From assembly GCA_965248925.1 (NCBI GenBank), contig CBDFLE010000005.1, positions 992,001 through 1,056,000 of the forward strand: a DNA stretch of 64,000 nt. Reading direction: 5' to 3'. A program made the position numbers and the translations under genes. This document shows, piece after piece, positions 57,201 through 64,000 of the stretch (position 1 is its first letter; each line of letters opens with the position of its first letter). The DNA comes from Candidatus Multivoradales bacterium. GTDB lineage: Bacteria; Acidobacteriota; Thermoanaerobaculia; Multivoradales; J023. The notes below the pieces were generated by a model. The model saw nothing but the letters and a program-made list of their open reading frames with translations, made no database searches and was not told the origin of the DNA.

Positions 57201-57662
57201 GAGGTCTACCTCGAACCCTACGGCTTTGACGCCAGCACCGCGGCCGATAAACTGGCCGCCTTCCACGCCGTGCGCAACACCTTCTTACAGACCTTCCAGA
57301 CCCTCGGCGGTCTCGGTCTGCTGCTCGGCACCATCGGCTTGGCGGTGGTGCTGGTGCGCGGCCTAGTGGAGCGCCGCGGCGAACTAGCCACCCTGCGAGC
57401 GTTTGGCTTTCGCCAGGCCAGATTGACCCTGCTGGTGGTGCTGGAAAACGCCGTGCCGCTGGTCGGTGGCTTGGCCATCGGTACCACCGCGGCGCTAGTC
57501 ACCGTGATGCCCTTTCTGCTCAGCGACGGCTCGGCGGTACCTTGGCGATCGATCGCGCTGACTCTGCTCGGCATCTTGGCCTTCGGCTTATTGAGCGCCG
57601 CGGTAGCCGCCAAAGGGGCGCTGCGAGCCGACCTCTTGCCGGCTCTCAAAGCCGAGCAGTGA
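54282..57662 (+). CDS. Large ABC transporter permease (duplicated FtsX/MacB-type)
   Basis: Two FtsX-like TM modules (R..EIGLL.A.G and RRGELATLRAFGF) with large periplasmic domains; 1126 aa. Confidence 0.85.
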   Translation: MRATLSFYWRTHLAVILGAAVATAVLTGALLVGDSVRGSLRQLTLERLGHIDFALAGQRFFPQHIVQRLTDDDDFTTQVDSVAPVILLRASAQHASSRARANGVGLQGVGRHALALFDHGPGKPQALYAERKRSPFPPAAINRTLARELGAEVGDDLLLSLKRWSQVPTGSLLGQKAIADVVQTLRLRVVEIVADRGMGRFALETHQGTTRNIFVPLERLQKALAEDGSINGLWVDGKDEDSDPQEQAKLLDETLRRQLHLADIGVLAKPHDAVVTLESEEFILRPSLVTAVEQVAGDAAVLPIYTYLANSLSIGERHLAYSTVSAMPTQPAAAFGDLRLIDGSLAPRLAENEILLNTWAAEELGAKVGDSVQLDYFVVGPREELREDSHPLRLAGIVALTGLGADSRLSQDYPGIAGAADMSDWDPPFPLDLSLVSDRDEAYWDLYRGTPKAFVHLATGQRLWRNRWGALTALRLAPSDGDRDALIGRLERELPALLPAESLGLVLQPVKALGLAAASGATDFGGLFVGFSIFLIVAAALLAALLFGLGVEQRAAEIGLLEAVGWTVRQVRHRLLGEGLLLALLGGLLGLAGAVGYAALMMAALRSWWQPAMGTSALYLHILPSSLASGFLISLVVVLVSIWWTVRRIGQVPATRLLKRLVEPPTSGPRGRLARWLSLLVPLALLLLGWAVSSDNSENPAVFFTAGPLLLLGFLAWFSLWTGRGRRRPTVGLPSLLSMAAANSGRQRGRGLLSASLLAAASFLIVTVASMQHDYRREELDRSSGTGGFALVAQSDIPLHHDLDSDPGRFELGMPDAATQRLAGVAITPLRLLPGDDTSCLNLYQPGQPRILGVPDSLIERGAFTFTRQATAVDNPWTLLQQDLGAGVVPAIGDFESLSYILKVKLGETVELEDEHGQPLRLQIVGMLATSIFQSELLISEANLLRHFPSRDGFSYFLADAPRERRQDVAQALEVYLEPYGFDASTAADKLAAFHAVRNTFLQTFQTLGGLGLLLGTIGLAVVLVRGLVERRGELATLRAFGFRQARLTLLVVLENAVPLVGGLAIGTTAALVTVMPFLLSDGSAVPWRSIALTLLGILAFGLLSAAVAAKGALRADLLPALKAEQ

Positions 57663-57774
57663 AGCGACGAACGGCACCCCCGCGGCTGCCGCGAGCGGTC
57701 TAGAATTGCCCGCACTTGCACACCAACGCTGAACCACTCGCTGACCTCTACGGCCGCCGGCCGAGGAACCTATC

Positions 57775-58230
57775 GTGATGAAGATGTGGATGCTCTTTGC
57801 CCTGCTCGCCGCCCTGTCTTGGGGCGCTTATGTTCCGATTCTGCACCAAGGCCAGATGCTGCTCGACAAGGGCTCCTTGCGCGCCTTCCTCTGCGTCGGC
57901 CTGGCCTACTTCTTCACCGCCGTAGTAGTACCGCTGATCCTGCTGCTGGGACCAAAGATCGAGCCGATGGAATTCAACAGCAAGGGGGTAACGGTAGCCA
58001 CCATCGCCGGGGTGCTGGGTGCTGCCGGAGCGCTGTTCGTGATTCTGGCGCTCAAGAGCGGCGGCTCTCCCCTCTTTGTAGCGCCCCTGGTTTTCGCCGG
58101 TGCGCCGATCGTCAACGCCTTGGTCAGCATGACCTGGCACCGGCCCAAGGCGCCACCGGAACCGTGGTTCTGGGTCGGCATGTTGTTAGCCGCCGCGGGT
58201 GCCGCCATGGTGCTGCGCTTCAAACCCTGA
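57775..58230 (+). CDS. Small 5-TM membrane protein (DMT/EamA-like)
   Basis: Five hydrophobic helices; SWGAY and GG.P.FVAPLVFAGAPIVN motifs. Confidence 0.65.
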   Translation: MMKMWMLFALLAALSWGAYVPILHQGQMLLDKGSLRAFLCVGLAYFFTAVVVPLILLLGPKIEPMEFNSKGVTVATIAGVLGAAGALFVILALKSGGSPLFVAPLVFAGAPIVNALVSMTWHRPKAPPEPWFWVGMLLAAAGAAMVLRFKP

Positions 58231-58240
58231 GGACATCGAG

Positions 58241-59017
58241 ATGAGTGAATTTATCGACATCCAAGACCAAGACGGCGTGCGCACGGTGACCATGAACCGG
58301 CCACGGTTGAAGAACGCCCTGTCGCACGAGATGTACACCGCGATGGCCAACACCATCTTCAGCGCCGCAGACGATCCGGCAATCCGGGTGGTGCTGCTGA
58401 CCGGCGCCGGCGATGCCTTTACTTCCGGCAACGACGTGCAGGAGTTCTTGTCCGCGCCGCCATCGCTGGTGGACGGCAGTGAACCGCCGGTGTTGCGCTT
58501 CCTACAAGCCATTGTCAGCGCCCCAAAACCGCTGATTGCCGCGGTCAACGGGCTGGCGGTGGGCATCGGCACCACCATGCTGCTGCACTGTGACCTGGTC
58601 TACGCCGCCGACAACGCGACCTTCTGCACTCCGTTCATCGACCTCGGACTGGTACCGGAAGCCGCTTCCAGCCTGCTATTGCCGCAAATTGCCGGCTTCC
58701 GCCGCGCTTACGAGATGCTGATGCTCGGCCAATGGCTCGATGCCGCCGAGGCCGAGTCGTGCGGTCTGGTGAGCCGGGTTTTCGCCACCGATGAGCTGCC
58801 CGAGGCGAGTCGGAAGAGCGCTCTGAAACTGGCCGCCAAACCTCCCGACGCCTTACGCCGCACCAAGGCATTGTTGCGCCAGAACATCACGGCCGTACCA
58901 CAGCGCATCGCGGAGGAGGCGAAACAATTCGGCAAAGCGTTGGCCAGTGCTGAATTCAAGGAAGCCGCTCAGGCCTTCGTCGAAAAACGCAAACCAGACT
59001 TCTCGCGCTGCGCCTAA
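58241..59017 (+). CDS. Enoyl-CoA hydratase/isomerase family protein
   Basis: Motifs NRPRLKNAL, FTSGND, KPLIAAVNGLAVGIG, LGLVPE and AFVEKRKPDF. Confidence 0.92.
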   Translation: MSEFIDIQDQDGVRTVTMNRPRLKNALSHEMYTAMANTIFSAADDPAIRVVLLTGAGDAFTSGNDVQEFLSAPPSLVDGSEPPVLRFLQAIVSAPKPLIAAVNGLAVGIGTTMLLHCDLVYAADNATFCTPFIDLGLVPEAASSLLLPQIAGFRRAYEMLMLGQWLDAAEAESCGLVSRVFATDELPEASRKSALKLAAKPPDALRRTKALLRQNITAVPQRIAEEAKQFGKALASAEFKEAAQAFVEKRKPDFSRCA

Positions 59018-59186
59018 CCGCGACCTTCGCGAGTAGATCCCGGGGCAACCTACAGACCGGTCAGGGCAGCTATGGGTTCTTCAGTCAATAGCTGACCATC
59101 TGGCCGCGAACCTTTACCGAGACGAGAGCTGCTCACCGCTAGCGGGGAAAAGCAGGCCGTGGTCGAAGAGAGTACTAGCGAGCACC

Positions 59187-59222
59187 AACTTGTTGAGCCG
59201 AGTTAACTTGTTGAGCCGAGTT
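59187..59222 (+). repeat. 18-bp tandem duplication AACTTGTTGAGCCGAGTT x2 upstream of the antitoxin
   Basis: Exact copies at 59187-59204 and 59205-59222. Confidence 0.85.
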
Positions 59223-59239
59223 GTAGTAAGATCAGGATT

Positions 59240-59590
59240 ATGCAACTCCTTGATCTTGCCAAATCCCTGCCAGCAGCCCAGGTCAGCATTGGCCAGGTCA
59301 AGCGCGACATCTCGCAGCTGGTCAACCGGGTCAGTTTTGGCGGCGAGCGCATCGTCCTCACCTCCAGAGGCCGCCCCAAAGCTGCCCTGGTGAGCCTCCG
59401 AGATCTGACTTGGCTAGAGCAGCAAGGTGCTGAACAGAGCCTCGAACGGTGGCGCGCTTGGGATGAGTCCGCCGGCCGTCTGGCCGCAGAAATCGCTCAG
59501 CGCCGGGGTGGTGAGCCGCTGGCCCTCGACCGGGCTCTCGACAGCAGCCGCAGCGATTTAGAAGAGCGCTCGCGGCCCGAGCGCGGCTAG
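59240..59590 (+). CDS. Phd/YefM family antitoxin
   Basis: VSIGQVKRDISQLVNRV..GGERIVLTSRGRPKAALV motif. Confidence 0.85.
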   Translation: MQLLDLAKSLPAAQVSIGQVKRDISQLVNRVSFGGERIVLTSRGRPKAALVSLRDLTWLEQQGAEQSLERWRAWDESAGRLAAEIAQRRGGEPLALDRALDSSRSDLEERSRPERG

Positions 59591-59599
59591 GGTCCGGCG

Positions 59600-60031
59600 T
59601 TGGACTCGACCGTCGTCATCGACGCTTGCGTGGCCATAAGCGCACTCATGCCCGGCCCCAGACAGGCGACTTGCCGGCAGCACTTGCGGCGCTGTGCCGA
59701 GGATGGCAGGCAGCTTTTCGCACCGACCCTGTGGGCCTATGAGACCACCTCGACACTGAATAAGTTGCATCATTTTGGCGACCTGACCGGCAGCGAAGCG
59801 CGCCGCGCCTTGGCCCAGCTAGACAGCTTTGACATCCGCTTGATTGCCCCCGATGGAGAACTCCGCCAGCGGGCCTTCGACTGGTCTCTGAAACTCGAAC
59901 GCGCCAGTGCTTACGACTCCTTCTATCTCGCCTTGGCGCAAACCCTCGACTGCGAGTTGTGGACCACCGACAAGAGGCTGCGCCGAGCCGTCGCTGAGAG
60001 TTGGGTCCGTGAACTCGAGCCGACCGACTGA
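59600..60031 (+). CDS. vapC: PIN-domain toxin (VapC)
   Basis: VVIDAC, YE, SAYDSFYLALA and LWTTDKRL supply the acidic tetrad. Confidence 0.88.
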   Translation: MDSTVVIDACVAISALMPGPRQATCRQHLRRCAEDGRQLFAPTLWAYETTSTLNKLHHFGDLTGSEARRALAQLDSFDIRLIAPDGELRQRAFDWSLKLERASAYDSFYLALAQTLDCELWTTDKRLRRAVAESWVRELEPTD

Positions 60032-60218
60032 CCCAGCGCTCTTCGACAGCGCGGTTCTCTGAACCTCCCGACCCTAAATCCATCCATTCCGAGTAGCAGA
60101 TCTGAACAGCTGGTCCCGCGATCCCAGCTCGCAGGCGGTGCCAGAACCTTGTCCCAGGCCGAACCGTACCAAGCAGCAGCTGCGCTACCCGCAACTCCCA
60201 AACCAGAGGAAATGAGGA

Positions 60219-61382
60219 ATGAGAATTAGAAAACCTAGTCGCGTCGTTCTCTTGATCTTGCTCTTCGCTGCGCTAACCGTCGGCACTAGCTTGGCGCAAC
60301 CGCCGGGTATTACCACCCCACCAGCCGGCGACAATCAGCGCTCCGTAACCACCCAATACATGGGCTTTGTAGCTGTGACCGTGGACTACAACAGCCCCGA
60401 TGTTCACGCCCCGAACGGAGGCGATCGCAGCGGAAAAATTTGGGGCACGTTGGTGCCCTGGGGGATGAAAAACCTTGGCTTCGGCACCGCCACCGAGAGT
60501 CCCTGGCGGGTTGGCGCTAACCAGAACACCACCATCACTTTTTCCCACGACGTCGAAATCGAAGGACAGGCCCTTGCCGCCGGCACCTATGGATTGCATA
60601 TGGCACCCGGCGAAGAGGAATGGCAAATCATCTTCTCCAACAACTCAACCTCCTGGGGAAGCTTCTTCTACGACCCCACCGAGGACGCCTTGCGAGTGAC
60701 GGTGAAGTCCGAGCCGGCGCCTTATCGCGAGTGGATGAGTTTTGAATTCCTAGATCGCCAGCTGGACACCACCTTGGTGGCCTTGGAGTGGGAGAATCTC
60801 CGCGTTCCCTTCCGCGTCTCGCTGCCCGACATGGTCGGTCTTTACATTGCCAAGATCGAAGACGAGCTGCGCAACGCACCGGGGTTCTCGTGGCAGAGCT
60901 GGCAAGGTGCGGCGCAATACCTCTTGCAGCGAGACACCGAGGGTAAGCACCTGGACAAGGCATTAGCTTGGGCCGAGTTCGCCCTCAGTTCTCCCTTCCC
61001 CGGCCAGGAAAACTTGCAAACTCTGCAAACGAAAGCACGGGTTCTCGACCGCATGGGCAATAGCGAGGAGGCTCTGGCCACCCTCACGAAGGGTCTCGAT
61101 CACCCCACCGCGACGGTATTTCAAGTCCACCAGATAGGCCGTGGACTGCTGGCCCAGGGACGCAGCGATGTGGCGATGATGGTTTTCCAGCACAATGCCC
61201 AGCGCTTCCCCGACACCTGGCCGATCAACGTCGGCCTGGCCCGTGGTTACAAAGGTGTGGGCGACAACGCCAAGGCCCTCGAACACGCCAAGAAGGCACT
61301 CCAGAACGCTCCCGATGATCTCAACCGCCAGGCGCTTGCCGGCATGGTCGAGCAGCTCGAGGCAGCGGTCAGCGGCAAATAG
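60219..61382 (+). CDS. DUF2911 domain protein with C-terminal TPRs, secreted
   Basis: VDYNSP...IWGTLVPWG...WRVGANQNT.ITFSHDV...AGTYGL, WGSFFYD..EDALRV; signal peptide. Confidence 0.85.
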   Translation: MRIRKPSRVVLLILLFAALTVGTSLAQPPGITTPPAGDNQRSVTTQYMGFVAVTVDYNSPDVHAPNGGDRSGKIWGTLVPWGMKNLGFGTATESPWRVGANQNTTITFSHDVEIEGQALAAGTYGLHMAPGEEEWQIIFSNNSTSWGSFFYDPTEDALRVTVKSEPAPYREWMSFEFLDRQLDTTLVALEWENLRVPFRVSLPDMVGLYIAKIEDELRNAPGFSWQSWQGAAQYLLQRDTEGKHLDKALAWAEFALSSPFPGQENLQTLQTKARVLDRMGNSEEALATLTKGLDHPTATVFQVHQIGRGLLAQGRSDVAMMVFQHNAQRFPDTWPINVGLARGYKGVGDNAKALEHAKKALQNAPDDLNRQALAGMVEQLEAAVSGK

Positions 61383-61418
61383 GCGATGGGACTCGGCCGG
61401 TGGGTTACACTCACGGCC

Positions 61419-62378
61419 ATGATCGCCCTCCACCTGGGGCCGCGAGGCCCGCGGCTGCTGGCCAACTACCCCACACCCGAGCCGGCGGCTGGCGAAGCCC
61501 TGATTCGCATCACCAAGGCCGGCATCTGTGCTACCGATCTACAGCTGATCGCCGGCTACGCTGGCTTCCGAGGCATCCTAGGTCACGAGTTCGTCGGCCG
61601 GGTCGAAGGCGGTGACGACCCGGCCTGGATTGGCCGTCGTGTGGTCGGTTCGATCAACCTTGGCTGCGGCCAGTGTGCCAGCTGCGGCGCGGGCTGCGCC
61701 GAGCATTGTCCGCGGCGCCGAGTGCTGGGGATCCGCCAACACGACGGGGTATTTGCCCACTACGCCACCCTGCCCCTAGCCAATCTACTAACGGTTGCCG
61801 ACACCCTGAGCGACTCAGAAGCCGTCTTCACCGAGCCCCTAGCGGCAGCGCTGCGCATTGGCGAGCAACTAACCCTGCCGCCGTCGGCGCGAGTGGCCGT
61901 ACTCGGACCTGGCAAACTGGGGCTATTGGTCGCCCAAGTGCTCGCCCTGACCGGTGGTAAGCCCAGATTGCTGGGCCGCAGGCCAGAATCGCTGACTCTT
62001 GCCAGCAGCCTCGGCCTAGAGGTTAGCTTGGCCACGGAAGCAGAAGATCATGCCTGGGATCTGGTGGTCGAGGCCACTGGCAACGCCGCCGGTTGGGACA
62101 CCGCCCTACGTTTGCTGCGACCCGGTGGCACTTTAGTATTGAAGAGCACCTTCGCCGCACCTGCGAGCTATGACCTCAGCCGCTTGGTGATCCACGAGAT
62201 CCGCGTCATCGGCTCACGCTGCGGCCCGTTCGCGCCGGCTCTTCGTCTGCTCGAACAAGGCGCCGTACAGGTGCGTCCCCTGATCGACGGCGACTACCCA
62301 CTGGCTCAGGGCCTCGAAGCGCTGCACCACGCTGCTCGGCAAGGTACGCGCAAGATCCTGCTCAGTCCAGCGGGGTAG
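61419..62378 (+). CDS. Zinc-binding alcohol dehydrogenase (MDR family)
   Basis: GICATD, GHEFVG, structural Zn Cys cluster CGQCASC.......C and GPGKLG. Confidence 0.9.
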   Translation: MIALHLGPRGPRLLANYPTPEPAAGEALIRITKAGICATDLQLIAGYAGFRGILGHEFVGRVEGGDDPAWIGRRVVGSINLGCGQCASCGAGCAEHCPRRRVLGIRQHDGVFAHYATLPLANLLTVADTLSDSEAVFTEPLAAALRIGEQLTLPPSARVAVLGPGKLGLLVAQVLALTGGKPRLLGRRPESLTLASSLGLEVSLATEAEDHAWDLVVEATGNAAGWDTALRLLRPGGTLVLKSTFAAPASYDLSRLVIHEIRVIGSRCGPFAPALRLLEQGAVQVRPLIDGDYPLAQGLEALHHAARQGTRKILLSPAG

Positions 62379-62395
62379 TGAAATAGACTTGTTCG

Positions 62396-63130
62396 ATGGA
62401 GATCAATGCACCAACCGCTCGATTCCTTACCGCCCGCTGGGTCCATCTGGCGCTGCTCAACTACGAGGTTGCGCCCGAAATTCTGGCACCGCTGGTGCCG
62501 GCGGGCACCGAACTCGACAGTTTCGCCGGCAAGACCTTCCTCAGCATGGTGGGTTTTCAGTTTCTCGACACCCGCGTCCTCGGCCTACCGATCCCCTTCC
62601 ACCGCCACTTCGAAGAGGTCAACCTGCGCTTCTATGTCCGCCGTGAGACCACAGAAGGTCCTCGCCGCGGGGTGGTCTTCGTCAAAGAGCTAGTGCCCAA
62701 GCGGGCCATCGCTTGGACCGCTCGCTGGCTCTATAACGAGAACTACGTCCCCCTGCCGATGAGCCACCAAGACAGCCTGGACGAAGGAACTGGCGGCTGG
62801 ATTCGCTACTGCTGGAACCACCGCGGCCAGGACGAGGAGTTGGCGGCCCGCATCACCGGCCAGCCCTACCTGCCCGATCTCGACAGCGAAGAGAGCTTCA
62901 TCGCCGAGCACTATTGGGGCTACTCCCGGCAACGCTCCGGGGCGACCGTCGAATATCAGGTACAGCATCCACCCTGGCGGCTGTGGAATGCGCGCGAGTC
63001 CTCTTTCAGCTGCGACAGCGGCAGGCTCTACGGCAGTCGATTCGCAGATTTAGCCGGGAAAAAACCGAGTTCGGCATTCGTCGCCGAGGGCTCGGAGATC
63101 GTCGTCCACCGCGGACGCCGCCTCCGGTGA
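62396..63130 (+). CDS. DUF2071 (YqjF-like) protein
   Basis: FEEVNLRFYV, GVVFVKE, FIAEHYWGY and VQHPPW motifs. Confidence 0.85.
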   Translation: MEINAPTARFLTARWVHLALLNYEVAPEILAPLVPAGTELDSFAGKTFLSMVGFQFLDTRVLGLPIPFHRHFEEVNLRFYVRRETTEGPRRGVVFVKELVPKRAIAWTARWLYNENYVPLPMSHQDSLDEGTGGWIRYCWNHRGQDEELAARITGQPYLPDLDSEESFIAEHYWGYSRQRSGATVEYQVQHPPWRLWNARESSFSCDSGRLYGSRFADLAGKKPSSAFVAEGSEIVVHRGRRLR

Positions 63131-63140
63131 CATTGCGCTC

Positions 63141-63226
63141 GGCGAGAGGTGCCGGCGAGAGGTGGCGAGAGGTGCCGGCGAGAGGTGCCAGGCACATTTT
63201 GAGCGGGCACATTTTGAGCGGGCACA
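63141..63226. repeat. Composite intergenic repeat: (GGCGAGAGGTGCC) x~4 then (GGCACATTTTGAGCG) x2+, centred on palindrome GTGCC-A-GGCAC
   Basis: Read directly from the sequence; lies between convergent genes. Confidence 0.85.
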
Positions 63227-63245
63227 CCATCAATTCCCCCCGCCT

Positions 63246-64000
63246 CTACTCGTACTGAATAAATCCCGGATTAAGAATCCCATCAGGGTCGAATTTCTTC
63301 TTCGCCGCGCAGATGACCGGCCATTTGTCGCCGAAGTGGGCGGCCCATCTTTCGGCCGTGTCGAAGGTTATGTAACCCGAGAGATAGCGCTTGCCACCGT
63401 AGCCGATCGATAACTCACTGACCATGTCGAGATTGCTCAGGGCCTGCTCTAGGAACTTCTCCGGCACCGCCGGCAGGATGCCCCAGCCCATCACATGGTC
63501 GCCCCCAGGGTGCATGAAGAGGGGTACGTCGGAGGTGTCGCCACGGGATGGCCACAGCAGGATGTGTCCGGCCGGTCCCAGAGCTTGGGGCGGCAGGTTG
63601 TCGAGGGCAAATTCGATGAATCCCTGTGCCTTGTCCCACGGCAGCACGGTCTCCATCCATGGGTGGGCCATCTCCCAGTTGCCCGACATATGCCAGATCT
63701 CGAATACCGGGTCGAGGCGGCAGCAGAACTCGAGCTGGGTATATTCGTCGGTACGCAGGTGGCGGTGAAAACTCAGCCCTTTGAGCAACTCGGCGTCGTT
63801 GGGCTCTTCGCCTTCGTCGTACTCGACGGTGAGGAACATCGGATAGGTCCAGTAGGCGTAGAGCTGACAACCCTCGCGCAGCTTCATTCCCTCGCCGATC
63901 CGCTTCATGAAGATCGGACACGGCGCGCAACGCGATTCCAAGGTGTGGAAACGCCGATCATCCGGGTTCATCACCGTCTCGGCGTCTTTCATGAAGTCGC
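63246..64000 (-). CDS. FAD-linked oxidase, cytokinin-dehydrogenase-like C-terminal part (5' end outside window)
   Basis: HPWMETVLP, KRYL...W..HFG.KW and KKKFDPDGILNPG (VAO/BBE-type end). Confidence 0.7.
   Translation of the reverse strand, partial: DFMKDAETVMNPDDRRFHTLESRCAPCPIFMKRIGEGMKLREGCQLYAYWTYPMFLTVEYDEGEEPNDAELLKGLSFHRHLRTDEYTQLEFCCRLDPVFEIWHMSGNWEMAHPWMETVLPWDKAQGFIEFALDNLPPQALGPAGHILLWPSRGDTSDVPLFMHPGGDHVMGWGILPAVPEKFLEQALSNLDMVSELSIGYGGKRYLSGYITFDTAERWAAHFGDKWPVICAAKKKFDPDGILNPGFIQYE

Noticed and set aside
58241-59017. Including the enoyl-CoA hydratase in the biosynthetic block
   Set aside because: It is adjacent and co-oriented but looks like a generic crotonase; without synteny data there is no evidence of linkage.
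63141-63226. Possible CRISPR array
   Set aside because: Short contiguous units, no spacers and no cas genes.

Overview
A high-GC (roughly 60-68% by eye) bacterial chromosomal window with about 58 plausible protein-coding genes. I recognised no rRNA, tRNA or CRISPR array. The gene content (ECF-sigma/Ser-Thr kinase pair, several PQQ-like beta-propellers, DUF2911, DUF2760-Hsp70 triad) suggests an Acidobacteriota or Planctomycetota-like organism; this is inference. The strongest candidate for an undescribed system is a putative small-molecule or cofactor pathway in two co-oriented blocks. Block 1 (28042-39496) has four secreted PQQ-like beta-propeller proteins interleaved with an EhpF/GriC-like truncated adenylating enzyme, a GriD/LuxC-like acyl reductase of ALDH fold, an Fe-alcohol dehydrogenase and a HemN-like radical SAM enzyme. 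Block 2 (50433-58230) has a flavin halogenase-like enzyme, a CxxC-bearing GT4, a hot-dog thioesterase, an ABC ATPase with a giant permease, and a small membrane protein. About 11 kb of accessory genes separate the blocks, including a second notable module: four roadblock/LC7 proteins, a stand-alone protoglobin and an MglA-like GTPase. Also present are an intact IS1182/IS5-like element with IRs and a CTAG duplication, an ISL3 remnant, a collapsed operon scar, two type II TA pairs, a 160-bp inverted-repeat element and a tandem repeat built from RBS+start-codon units. All family assignments come from reading motifs; no database searches were run.
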